A stretch of 64,000 nucleotides of DNA from a virus. Under the pieces are notes generated by a model, which was not told where the DNA came from, did no database searches, and worked only from the letters and a program-made list of their open reading frames with translations. The translations under genes were made by a program, and so were the position numbers. Positions 21,524-30,885 of the stretch are shown here, piece after piece. The stretch's first letter is position 1; every line of letters begins with the position of its first letter. Where the stretch lies: positions 6,203 to 70,202 of the IMG/VR virus record IMGVR_UViG_3300047095_001251. One strand, written 5' to 3'.

Positions 21524-22789
21524 GTGGCCAGTGATACAATAGTAACAAAGATCCCTTCTGGTGACGAGATTCTCGAAATCGGAAATCCGATAACATTTAA
21601 TGCCAGGACGGATCCTAATAATATAGTAAATAATAAATTTATTGAAGGTATGAATGTAGTTGAATTAATACCTATAGATTATGAATTTGATTTATCTAAT
21701 TGGGGAAGTAAGAAAGACGAAATAAAGAATAAACCCCCTTATATTTTAGCATATGATTTTAAAAAAGCAATAGAGAAATATGAAAAATTATGCAAATCTT
21801 ATGATCTGGAGCCAAAGAAAGGATTAAGGATTTTCCTAACGGGGGATTCTGTTCATCAAGAAACAATCACTAATGCATATTCTGCTAGTAACATTCAAAC
21901 ATACCTTAATAGGATTAGCGATTTTGGTAATCAATTTGGCAAAATAAGGTTAAAGGAGTTAGGACAAGAAGGATCCGATCCCAATTCTACCTTAGGGGCA
22001 GCCAAACAATTCGCTTCTACGAAATTTAAAGAGTTAGGCGGAACTGTTGGTAGCATGTTTGGTAATGCTGGGGCAGGGACCTTGGTTGCTAGTTCGTTAG
22101 CTAATATGTTTCTTGAAGGAACTCATTTTTCGTTACCTAAAGTTTGGAAAGAATCGTCATATAGTCCATCCTTAGCATTTAATGTTCAATTAATCAGTCC
22201 ATATGGGAATGAAGAATACATTAAAAAATTCGTACTAGAACCATTAATATATTTATTATTACTTGGTTCTCCTACATCTAAAGATGGGTTAACATATGGT
22301 AATCCAAAGTATGTATTTGTCAAATCTTATGGGATTTCTAATATTAATATAGGTGTTCTAGAGAGTATTACATTAAATAGGGGTGGTGCAGATATGACAT
22401 TTAATGCTAATCGACAACCGACATCGATCAATTTAAACATCAGTATAAAACCTGCATTTGATGGATTTGCTTCTGTTTGTGATACTGGTGGGAATACTGA
22501 TGAATTTAATACACAGAATTTTAAAATTAAAGACATAGCTACTATGAATGATTTTGGGAAACAGATATTATCTGTGGATTCGCCAGGGCCAGCTTTCACA
22601 ACCGTAGGGAACATCATTAGATCATTTGAAGCATTTAATCCTCAATATAAAAATTCCGCCGTTCCAGAAAGTTCAAAAACATCTCAACCAAATATATTCA
22701 ATACTCAAGATATAGGTATAAACAACGCATCATCAGCTTTAAATTCTGCTTTAAATTCATCAATTGCATCATTAAATATTCAAGGATAG
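21524..22789 (+). CDS. baseplate/tail hub-associated structural protein
   Basis: Follows tape measure; PKVWKESSY...FNVQL and PTSINLNISI resemble tube-fold baseplate proteins. Confidence 0.5.
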   Translation: MASDTIVTKIPSGDEILEIGNPITFNARTDPNNIVNNKFIEGMNVVELIPIDYEFDLSNWGSKKDEIKNKPPYILAYDFKKAIEKYEKLCKSYDLEPKKGLRIFLTGDSVHQETITNAYSASNIQTYLNRISDFGNQFGKIRLKELGQEGSDPNSTLGAAKQFASTKFKELGGTVGSMFGNAGAGTLVASSLANMFLEGTHFSLPKVWKESSYSPSLAFNVQLISPYGNEEYIKKFVLEPLIYLLLLGSPTSKDGLTYGNPKYVFVKSYGISNINIGVLESITLNRGGADMTFNANRQPTSINLNISIKPAFDGFASVCDTGGNTDEFNTQNFKIKDIATMNDFGKQILSVDSPGPAFTTVGNIIRSFEAFNPQYKNSAVPESSKTSQPNIFNTQDIGINNASSALNSALNSSIASLNIQG

Positions 22790-22793
22790 TATC

Positions 22794-24449
22794 ATGACTA
22801 TTAATAATCCTTACTCAAAATATAATTCTAGAATATTTAATATAATAGATCCAAAATTTTTAAATAATGATATCTTAAAAATAATTACTGATTTATATAA
22901 TGATATTAAAAATAATAAAATTAGATTATTAGATCAAAATAATGATTTAAATAATTCATTAGAGATATTACCAAATACAATAAATGAACTAATCAAATTT
23001 AAAGATGGGGATTATGAAGGATTTAATAAATTAAGAATTTATTCAGTTAGTAATCACCCAGAAGAACTTTTAGATAGAATAGAAGAATATTATAAATATA
23101 TATATACTCAATTAAAAAGTATACCTACAACAGATTTAGATACTTTTAGAAAATTAAACTATTTATATTTCAATTTTAAACAAAACAATATAGATAGTTT
23201 AAATTCTTTTTTTAAATATTTAGTAGTTTTTGAAAGAGATAGTAATCAATTAAATAGCTCTTCTTTTATTACAAATATTCTTTTATATTTAAAATTAAAT
23301 AATCTATATAAAAATAAATTATCAACAATTTTAAATAATTTTATAATTAAATGCTTTACTACTGTAGACCCTACTATCGAATTTAATATTACCGAAGATG
23401 AGTTGAACTTAACAGATAAAAATATTTTTGAAGGATTTAGTAATTTTATAGATAGAGATAAAAATAATATGTCTTTAGAATTAACTAATTTTTTAATTAA
23501 TAATATATTTGGATTGAATACCCCTTCCGTTAATTTTAAAGAGAGTATATCATCATTAATAACAGATAATTTTATAAATTATATAGATGAAATTTTTAAT
23601 AACTTATATATAAATAAAAATTATCACCAAGAGATAGCACAAAATACAATAATTAATTTATGTAATTATTTATTATTAAATAATATTTCTAATAAATCAG
23701 ATTATATTACTATTAGAGATGAGAGTTATATAATATATGACGAAAGAACAATATTTAATAAATTAACGGAGTTAATATTCAATAAAGAAAAATCAAATTT
23801 ATTATCATTCGAGTATACTGCATATCAATTTAAAAATGATCCTTTATTTTTTTTAAACAGTTACTTTATTACTTATAACAATTATTTAAATGATAGATTA
23901 GGAACAAATAACGATATATTAAATGATATGACATTTGTTAATGAAGAGAATATATCAGATTGGTTAAACTTAATAGATATCGATTTAAATAAATTTAATA
24001 ATTTAGAAATAAATTTGGGTAGTGAACTGTTAAATTCGAAAGCATTGGAGTATAGTTTTAATTTATATTTTATTAAGATAATATCTAAATTGGTAGATTC
24101 TGATGAATTTCATGACTTGATAATTAATAACTTGATTAATGTTTTTCATTTAAAATCAAATTATATTATAGATTATAAAAAGTCAATTTTAGACAATATA
24201 TATAAAATTAAAACGTTTATAAAAATTTATCTAGTAAAGAAATTAATAGATAAAAATTTATTTAACGAATTATTAACAGAATTTAATTTAATTTTCAATT
24301 CATTACAATTTGAATTTAATGAAGTTAATAATTTTAGTTTGAATAATATTTCTATAAATGATGATACAATCGAGTATATTAGGGGGATATTTTACACTGC
24401 TAATGTTGTGAACATATTAACCAATATTTTAAATTCGTATAGATTTTAA
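22794..24449 (+). CDS. hypothetical Asn/Ile-rich protein
   Basis: 551-aa ORF. Confidence 0.6.
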   Translation: MTINNPYSKYNSRIFNIIDPKFLNNDILKIITDLYNDIKNNKIRLLDQNNDLNNSLEILPNTINELIKFKDGDYEGFNKLRIYSVSNHPEELLDRIEEYYKYIYTQLKSIPTTDLDTFRKLNYLYFNFKQNNIDSLNSFFKYLVVFERDSNQLNSSSFITNILLYLKLNNLYKNKLSTILNNFIIKCFTTVDPTIEFNITEDELNLTDKNIFEGFSNFIDRDKNNMSLELTNFLINNIFGLNTPSVNFKESISSLITDNFINYIDEIFNNLYINKNYHQEIAQNTIINLCNYLLLNNISNKSDYITIRDESYIIYDERTIFNKLTELIFNKEKSNLLSFEYTAYQFKNDPLFFLNSYFITYNNYLNDRLGTNNDILNDMTFVNEENISDWLNLIDIDLNKFNNLEINLGSELLNSKALEYSFNLYFIKIISKLVDSDEFHDLIINNLINVFHLKSNYIIDYKKSILDNIYKIKTFIKIYLVKKLIDKNLFNELLTEFNLIFNSLQFEFNEVNNFSLNNISINDDTIEYIRGIFYTANVVNILTNILNSYRF

Positions 24450-24469
24450 TTTTAAAGGATCAACGAATT

Positions 24470-24970
24470 ATGCAAACATGCTGGGAATTTAATAATTGTG
24501 ATAAACTTGAGGTTTGCGATTTTTATAAAACTGCTAAAGAGAATAATACTCAAGATTTTTGTAGATGTTGGGAAGAAGATTCTAGTTTTTGTAAAATGAC
24601 AGAATGTGTTGGTAGATGTGTTGATTGTGAATACTTTTTAGAAGTTAGGAAAGTAGAAGGTAAAAGTTTTAAAATATTAACAAATAAAAATAATAGTAAA
24701 GAAATAATAATCGAAGTGAATACCGCAGTTACTAGTTATAATATATATAAATTTGAAGACAGAGTAATTAAAGAAATTTTAAAAAATAAGACTGATTTAA
24801 TTACTTTCGATTTTAAAAAAACTGAAAGGATAGATAGCTCATTTTTAGGTTGTTTATTAGTAATAAAGAATTTTCTTGACGATTCTCGGAATATTAAATT
24901 AATTAATTTGTCTGATCATTGTAAAAAACTGTTTGAAAGAGTTCAATTTGATAAACTATTTTCCATATAA
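24470..24970 (+). CDS. Cys-rich two-CW-like domain fused to STAS (anti-sigma factor antagonist) domain
   Basis: CWEFNNC...CRCWE...C...C..CEYF N-terminus; FDFKKTERIDSSFLGCL STAS motif with phospho-Ser. Confidence 0.75.
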   Translation: MQTCWEFNNCDKLEVCDFYKTAKENNTQDFCRCWEEDSSFCKMTECVGRCVDCEYFLEVRKVEGKSFKILTNKNNSKEIIIEVNTAVTSYNIYKFEDRVIKEILKNKTDLITFDFKKTERIDSSFLGCLLVIKNFLDDSRNIKLINLSDHCKKLFERVQFDKLFSI

Positions 24971-25597
24971 TAGTATATCGCAATTATCTTTATTTTTGCA
25001 TTCCTTTTTAATTTTGCAGAAATTACATATATTCGAATTAATAATATTTGATATTTCTTTTTTTGTTAAATTGATTTTTTCTTTCATTTCATTTAATAGA
25101 ATACCCTCATTATTATTATAATTAATACTTATTAATACATTAGTTATTTTTCCTATTTCATTTAATTTTACTAATATCTCATTTTTTAATTTATCTAATG
25201 AAACCATAAATTCGGTTTTGATATTGGATAATTCTCGGTGCTCCATGGTTTCATTATATATATTTTTTATAATCTCAATTGTTTTAGAAAACCCCAATGG
25301 GTTTTGTAAATAATGGGTATTATATTTTTTTATTATTAAATTAATCTCTTCATCACTATCTTTCGAAGTTAAAATAATTGGAATTGTGTTATTTTTTAAT
25401 TCTTCTCTTATATATTTTAAAAATCTTATACAATTTTCATTTTCTAATTGAAAATCCGAAACGATTATATCTGGGGAGAATTCATTAAATTTCATAACCC
25501 CTTCATCTATATTATTTTTAATTAAACATAAAAATGGCATATTTTCAAATAAAGCCTTGAGGAATGGGTCATTTCCTAAAATTAGAATTTTTATCAT
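24956..25597 (-). CDS. atypical response-regulator receiver domain plus coiled-coil
   Basis: KILIL...PDIIVSD...IPIILTS...YLQNP; acidic pocket and KP lysine altered. Confidence 0.72.
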   Translation of the reverse strand: MIKILILGNDPFLKALFENMPFLCLIKNNIDEGVMKFNEFSPDIIVSDFQLENENCIRFLKYIREELKNNTIPIILTSKDSDEEINLIIKKYNTHYLQNPLGFSKTIEIIKNIYNETMEHRELSNIKTEFMVSLDKLKNEILVKLNEIGKITNVLISINYNNNEGILLNEMKEKINLTKKEISNIINSNICNFCKIKKECKNKDNCDILLYGK

Positions 25598-25650
25598 ATT
25601 TTTTCCTAAATATAAAAAGCGATTAGTTAATTCTAATCGCTTATATTGGG

Positions 25651-26250
25651 TTAAATCCCAGATGTGAACATCCCAACCAATCCGAGCAAACTTCTTTTAG
25701 AATTATTGATCAAAATTAATAACTCATTTGAAATATTTCTTTTGTTTGTGTCTTCTATACTTGGATCTGATAATACATTTGACAAATGTCTAATTGAATC
25801 TAATCTATCAAATACATCACGTTTTAAACTTTCTAAGAATTCTTGCAATTTTTTTTCATTTTCTCTTAATTCATTTTTAATTTTTCCTTCTTCCTTAACA
25901 TGTCTTATTGTTTTTTTTACTTTTTCAAATCCAAGTGGATAATCCAATACCCATATACTCTCATACTCCAAAAATGAATATTCGATAACAGAAGAGATCC
26001 CAGGATCTTTATTAATGATGATTATCGGGAGTATTCTTGTTTGTGTTGAATTTCTTAACCACTTTATGAGGATCTCAGTTTCCTGATTATAGTCAACAAT
26101 AGCAACATCGAACTCTATTGATTTTGTTGCTTGCATACTTTCTTCTGGATTTTCGAAAAACAATGTATTAAATTGGGTTTTCCCAATTAAGTGTTTTAAA
26201 AAAGTATTTTCACTTAATACTAATAAATTCACGAGCATATCTTTGTTCAT
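25651..26250 (-). CDS. atypical response-regulator receiver domain plus coiled-coil (paralog of previous)
   Basis: FDVAIVD...WLRNSTQTRILPIII...VLDYPLGF; shares PLGFxK with the neighbour. Confidence 0.7.
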   Translation of the reverse strand: MNKDMLVNLLVLSENTFLKHLIGKTQFNTLFFENPEESMQATKSIEFDVAIVDYNQETEILIKWLRNSTQTRILPIIIINKDPGISSVIEYSFLEYESIWVLDYPLGFEKVKKTIRHVKEEGKIKNELRENEKKLQEFLESLKRDVFDRLDSIRHLSNVLSDPSIEDTNKRNISNELLILINNSKRSLLGLVGMFTSGI

Positions 26251-26405
26251 TTCAGTATTCCTTTAATAATTTGTAATAGAAAAGATTATAGTTTTTTTAA
26301 ATTATCTTTCCCTATTATATAATATCTTTATTAAATATTTGAAAACAAAGGAATTTTTAAATAAATTAAAGAATGGGTACGATAATCGCGTACCCATTCA
26401 GTATG

Positions 26406-26708
26406 TTAATTCTCCTTGTTGAACGGGAACATTTCTCGAAGTTCATTCTTCGAAATGCTGGTCAGTTTGTGGAAAATGTCACCATTCACAACTGTCACGT
26501 TGACTGGCATTTCCTCCAAAACCCCTTCGATTACTGTCACAGGGAAATTAATTTTTCCAGCTTCCTCTCCATTCGTGTCGTCTACCAAATTGGAGAAGAC
26601 AATGTCTGCTCCACAAATACATCTCTCTGTTTGGTTGGAATATGCGTCCTTCAACGTTACATGACGCTTTTTACAAACTAACTGAGAATATCCTTCGAAA
26701 CTCATGAT
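26406..26708 (-). CDS. hypothetical Zn-finger-like protein; likely start MSFEGY
   Basis: CKKRH...CICG; GGAGG RBS, promoter motif at 26744-26760, downstream hairpin. Confidence 0.6.
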   Translation of the reverse strand: MMSFEGYSQLVCKKRHVTLKDAYSNQTERCICGADIVFSNLVDDTNGEEAGKINFPVTVIEGVLEEMPVNVTVVNGDIFHKLTSISKNELREMFPFNKEN

Positions 26709-26798
26709 GTTAAATCCTCCGTTGGTTGGTTGGTTTTTATTAATATATAATATCTTTATAAGATATTTATAAAACAAAGTAATATTATAGGTTTAAAA

Positions 26799-27047
26799 AT
26801 GCCAAAAATTTTAACTGTGTTAGATAATTTAATTGAAGAAATGTGTTGTTCTTGTGATGATGAAGAACAAGATGAAGTATTAATTATATCAGATTTGTTA
26901 AATCCTGCAGATTTCACGAATGAAGATGGCGAAGTTAATTGTGAAAAATTGGAAAAAATGTTAACCGAAGCTAAGAAAATAGGAAACGAAGAATTAATTG
27001 AAGCATTAGAAGATACAATTGATGCGCTTTGTGAGGAAGATGATTGA
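26799..27047 (+). CDS. small acidic protein with shared N-terminal leader
   Basis: MPKILTVLDNLIEE leader; very Asp/Glu-rich. Confidence 0.6.
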   Translation: MPKILTVLDNLIEEMCCSCDDEEQDEVLIISDLLNPADFTNEDGEVNCEKLEKMLTEAKKIGNEELIEALEDTIDALCEEDD

Positions 27048-27483
27048 TATATTGGAAGTATTAGATTTGTTATTAGAATCTGTCGAATTGCCAACTACGA
27101 GATTTATCCTGCATCGACATCAAACGGAAAGGAAGAGGCCAGATCATTTTGATTTAAGAATTAAAAGATTGGATTCATTAACTAAAGCTATTTCTTTTGC
27201 TTTACCAAAAGCCACGATACCAAAAGAAGGAGAGAAATTATTATTAGTCAAAACCCCGGATCATAATGTAGCTTGGATTTTTGTTAATAATATTGAGATT
27301 CCTTCTGGTAACTATGGAGCTGGTAAAATATCTACCGAAGACCAAGGCAAATTTAAAATTTTGAAATGGGATACTAATGATAATATAACTTTCATAGCTA
27401 ATAGTAAATTAATGAATGGCGTTTATCATATAGTTAACACGAATAACAACAATTATATATTTTTTAAATCAAACAAAAGTTAA
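27040..27483 (+). CDS. LigD-type 3'-phosphoesterase (PE) domain protein
   Basis: RFILHRH...HFDLRI...SFALPK...TPDH...IPSGNYGAG..I..EDQG; GAGG RBS before ATG 27040. Confidence 0.85.
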   Translation: MIDILEVLDLLLESVELPTTRFILHRHQTERKRPDHFDLRIKRLDSLTKAISFALPKATIPKEGEKLLLVKTPDHNVAWIFVNNIEIPSGNYGAGKISTEDQGKFKILKWDTNDNITFIANSKLMNGVYHIVNTNNNNYIFFKSNKS

Positions 27484-27505
27484 ACTCCGCCGCTAAAACA
27501 ATCAA

Positions 27506-28195
27506 ATGAGAATATTAAATATTTTAGATAATTTAATTTATGAAATAGAGAATCCAAATACTATAATAATTCAAAAGAATAAATATTATAAAAATGGATT
27601 AAAAGAAATAGATATTTATAATTATTATCAAAAAAATAAAGAGAAAATATTAAAATCAGTAGATGAACAACCATTATCAAAGATTGTAATATTTATACAA
27701 TTAGACGATGGTAGAATAATAGTAAGAAAAGAAAATTTAGATATTCATAATAATTTTAATAAAGTATTACATCCAAGAGTAATAGGGTTAACTAAATTAA
27801 TGGTGTCTCCTACGAATCTAATAGTAATAGATATAGATGCAAAAGGAGATAATATTGCAGAGGATGAGAAAAAGAAATCATTATTGAATCTAATTAATTT
27901 AAATCTTTTAAATTCAAAATTATATAAAATATTAAATTCATCTACAGGTTATCAAGTATTTTTTAAATTAGATAAAGAATATGATATTGATAAATTAAGA
28001 GAATTGGTGAAAAATGAATTAAATATTAAAAATAAATTTAATTTTCCAGGTATTAAATATGATTTAACTATTATGTCAATTGGTGGGAATTATTTGGTAG
28101 AAAATTCATTAAATAGATCTACTGGATTAATAGTTAAAAATATAACTAATAATTGGAAAGATTATAAAAGAGAAGATTCAATTTTAAAAAAATAA
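27506..28195 (+). CDS. LigD-POL/AEP primase-polymerase-like protein (divergent)
   Basis: GLKEIDIYNYY, IVIDID, SSTGYQV, SLNRSTGL; adjacent to the PE module. Confidence 0.55.
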   Translation: MRILNILDNLIYEIENPNTIIIQKNKYYKNGLKEIDIYNYYQKNKEKILKSVDEQPLSKIVIFIQLDDGRIIVRKENLDIHNNFNKVLHPRVIGLTKLMVSPTNLIVIDIDAKGDNIAEDEKKKSLLNLINLNLLNSKLYKILNSSTGYQVFFKLDKEYDIDKLRELVKNELNIKNKFNFPGIKYDLTIMSIGGNYLVENSLNRSTGLIVKNITNNWKDYKREDSILKK

Positions 28196-28202
28196 AGGGA
28201 GG

Positions 28203-28448
28203 CTACTGCCTCCCAGGTCCTTGGTTTCTCGTTGTCAGAGTGCGTTCAGCACTCCAACCCAGAACCTTGTACCTCTGGTAAACCAAGTTGGTCCCCAACC
28301 CTGTCTCTTTCCCCCACTCCGTAGTAGTGAGGGAACGCCCGTTCCATGTTATGATCGTTGCCTTTTTCTTACGATGGCAACGAAGAGGGTCTTTGCTGCT
28401 TTCGATCCCCAACTTCTTCAGCGATCTTTCTGTTACATAATCACGCAT
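28203..28448 (-). CDS. small DNA-binding protein resembling homing-endonuclease C-terminal HTH
   Basis: ITWNGRSLTTTEWGKETGL...YQRY..LGWSAERTLT; higher GC; behind promoter motif. Confidence 0.6.
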   Translation of the reverse strand: MRDYVTERSLKKLGIESSKDPLRCHRKKKATIITWNGRSLTTTEWGKETGLGTNLVYQRYKVLGWSAERTLTTRNQGPGRQ

Positions 28449-28478
28449 CGTTCTTCTCCCAATAATGATGGTTAATAT

Positions 28479-28587
28479 TAATATATAATATCTTTATGAA
28501 AAATTTAAAAATAAAGTAGTCCAGTCTTTCGACTGGACGTATTGATTATCATCACTTTCCACCAGTTTCAAAATGGAGAACAGAATT
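28479..28587 (-). repeat. copy 1 of terminator+promoter cassette repeat
   Basis: Near-identical to 28891-28999 (direct) and to the inverted copy within 30886-31028. Confidence 0.9.
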
Positions 28588-28628
28588 ATTTAAAAATAAA
28601 GCCCGGCAGCACCGGGCTTACATCTACT

Positions 28629-28862
28629 TCATGACATGATTTTTTCGTGGATTTTCTGAATATCCACGAAAAGATTATTGTGGAACTTTGCACCGGAATC
28701 CATCCCTTCTTCAAATCCCTTTCCAGAGATGGCCCCAACCGTGCCACCTGTCAATATCGCAACAGTCCCTGTCGCGACACTCACCAACACCGTCACCGGG
28801 GCACCAATTGTTAGCCATGCTGCTTTCCCTACAACTTTCCCAACGTTTTTGATCAAAGACAT
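28629..28862 (-). CDS. small Gly-rich membrane protein
   Basis: MSLIKNVGKVVGKAAWLTIGAPVTVLV...; GAGGAG RBS; own terminator at 28599-28619. Confidence 0.65.
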   Translation of the reverse strand: MSLIKNVGKVVGKAAWLTIGAPVTVLVSVATGTVAILTGGTVGAISGKGFEEGMDSGAKFHNNLFVDIQKIHEKIMS

Positions 28863-28890
28863 CTTTCTTCTCCTCAATTGAGTTAATGTA

Positions 28891-29034
28891 TAATATATAA
28901 TATCTTTATGAAAAAGTTAAAAACAAAGTAGTCCAGTCTTTCGACTGGACGTATTGATTATCATCCCTTTCCACCAGTTTCAAAATTGAGAACAGAATTG
29001 CCCATTGCGTCTCCAGGCAAATCCTGGATTTTAG
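28891..29034 (-). repeat. copy 2 of terminator+promoter cassette repeat (~144 bp)
   Basis: Reverse complement of 30886-31028 with few mismatches. Confidence 0.9.
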
Positions 29035-29044
29035 ACGTTATAAC

Positions 29045-29079
29045 AAGAAACCCGCCTCTGTTAGGAGGCGGTAATTCAC
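29045..29079 (+). mobile_element. orphan IS200/IS605-family right-end-like hairpin remnant
   Basis: AAGAAACCCGCCTC-TGTTAG-GAGGCGGTAATTCAC; resembles the right end at 63854 (...GGTAGTTCAC). Confidence 0.5.
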
Positions 29080-29207
29080 ATCTCCTTTTTTAAAAAATAT
29101 CTTGTTTTTAATTTTTTTCATAAAGATATTATATAATACATTAATTACCCAGCATTAGAAAAGCCCCGTACTTTAGTGCGGGGGTCAAATTTAAATTTTT
29201 AAATTTA

Positions 29208-29573
29208 ATGAAAAACCAATCTTCGCTATACTATCATCTTATTTTTGTAACCAAATATAGAAAAAAACTTTTATATAATCAAGATATCAGGGATATTTTA
29301 AAAATCATATGCTACGAAGTAGCACATGATTTAGATATTAATATTGTTGAAATAGAAGTGACTATTGATCATGTACACATATTATTCAGATCGAAGATAA
29401 CCACAGATATATCGATATTTATTAAAATATTAAAAGGTAGGTCTTCATACATTTTAAAATCTAAATTCAATTTAAAATGTAATCATTTATGGTCACCATC
29501 TTATTATATTTCTACTTGTGGAAATGTAAAGATAGATATTATTAAGAGATATATTAAAATACAAAACATTTAG
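29208..29573 (+). CDS. tnpA: IS200-type Y1 HUH transposase
   Basis: YHLIFVTKYRK, DHVHIL, KGRSS, LWSPSYY, IKRYI. Confidence 0.95.
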   Translation: MKNQSSLYYHLIFVTKYRKKLLYNQDIRDILKIICYEVAHDLDINIVEIEVTIDHVHILFRSKITTDISIFIKILKGRSSYILKSKFNLKCNHLWSPSYYISTCGNVKIDIIKRYIKIQNI

Positions 29574-29589
29574 GATTGAGAAAGAGTTA

Positions 29590-30762
29590 ATGAGTTGTCG
29601 AGCATACAAAGTTAGGTTAAAGCCTAATTCCACAGAGATTAAATATTTTGAGAAGAATTTTGGAAGTGTTAGATGGATATGGAATACGATGTTAGCATTT
29701 CAGAAGAATCTTTATGAATCTACTGGTAAGATAGAGAATGCTTATGAATTAGAGAAAAATATAACATTTTTAAAAGATTTTTATCCATGGTTAAAGGAAG
29801 TAGAATCTACTGCGTTAATGGAGTCTGTTAAGAATCTTGGTAAGAGTTATGACGCATTTTTTAAATCAGTTACTGGTAAACGTAAAGGAGCGTTGATCAA
29901 TCTCCCCAAATTTAAATCTAAAAAACATCCATCTAAATCTTTTAGTATTTTATCAAATGATAGAATTAAGATTAATGGAGATTTTATTAAGTTACCGAAG
30001 ATAGGAGAAGTAAAAGTAGTTAAAGATCAATTAGATAGGATAACTGGAAGGATCTTAAGGGTAACTATTTCTAAAGATGCTGTTAATAATTATTATGCAT
30101 CTATTTTGGTTGAGGAAGATATAATACCCAGATATAATAAGACTGGGAAGTCTATTGGGTTAGATGTAGGTATAAAGACTACAATATCTGATAATTATGG
30201 CAATAGTTTTAATCTACCGATGGGAAAATTAGCTATGTTAGATGATAAGATAGTTAAATTAAATCAAGATTTAAGTAGGAAGCAGAAGGGATCCAAGAAT
30301 TTTAGTGATACGAGAACCAAGTTAGCTAGAATTTATAGGAAGAAGAGTAATATAGTTAATGATTTTCATCACAAGTTCTCTAATTATATAGTTAAGAATT
30401 ATGATGTTTGTTGTATAGAGACATTAGATTTAAAAGGGATGATGAGTAACCATAATTTTGCTAAGTCTCTTCAAGATAGAGCTATATATAAACTACAGAC
30501 GTATATAGAGTATAAGATGATGTGGGATAATAAAGATGTAGTAAGAGTGAGTAAGGTATTCCCGTCGACTCAGATATGTAATGTTTGTAAGTATAGGAAC
30601 AAGCAGTTAACTCTAAGTGATAGAGAATGGGATTGTCCTAAATGCAGTACTCATCATGACAGGGATACAAATGCAGCTTTAAACTTGTATAAAATAGGTG
30701 AATATTTTAGATTAAATAATAAGATACTGACGAGTAGTCAATATATCATATCGGGTGTATAA
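29590..30762 (+). CDS. tnpB: RNA-guided nuclease TnpB
   Basis: RuvC GLDVG / IETL / DRDTNAALN and Zn finger CNVC...CPKC all intact. Confidence 0.95.
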   Translation: MSCRAYKVRLKPNSTEIKYFEKNFGSVRWIWNTMLAFQKNLYESTGKIENAYELEKNITFLKDFYPWLKEVESTALMESVKNLGKSYDAFFKSVTGKRKGALINLPKFKSKKHPSKSFSILSNDRIKINGDFIKLPKIGEVKVVKDQLDRITGRILRVTISKDAVNNYYASILVEEDIIPRYNKTGKSIGLDVGIKTTISDNYGNSFNLPMGKLAMLDDKIVKLNQDLSRKQKGSKNFSDTRTKLARIYRKKSNIVNDFHHKFSNYIVKNYDVCCIETLDLKGMMSNHNFAKSLQDRAIYKLQTYIEYKMMWDNKDVVRVSKVFPSTQICNVCKYRNKQLTLSDREWDCPKCSTHHDRDTNAALNLYKIGEYFRLNNKILTSSQYIISGV

Positions 30763-30868
30763 TCTAAAACTACCCACGGACTGTGGGAAGGTTAAGCTCG
30801 GAGTTTTTAACCGAGAATCCCCGTACTTTAGTGCGGGGAGTATGTCAAGGTGGAGATGACATTATAGA
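30763..30868 (+). ncRNA. TnpB omega/reRNA 3' part plus flanking guide (GGUGGAGAUGACAUUAUAGA)
   Basis: Hairpins CCCACGGACTGTGGG and CTCGG...CCGAG, then the right-end stem; in TnpB systems the guide comes from DNA just beyond the right end. Confidence 0.6.
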
Positions 30869-30885
30869 AATGACGGAGAAATCCG

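Larger units (their letters stand above)
29149..30848 (+). mobile_element. IS200/IS605-family element (IS608-type ends)
   Basis: Inserted 3' of TTAC (29145-29148); left hairpin CCCCGTACTTTAGTGCGGGG preceded by AAAG; identical right hairpin preceded by GAAT; ends TCAA; carries tnpA and tnpB. Confidence 0.92.
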
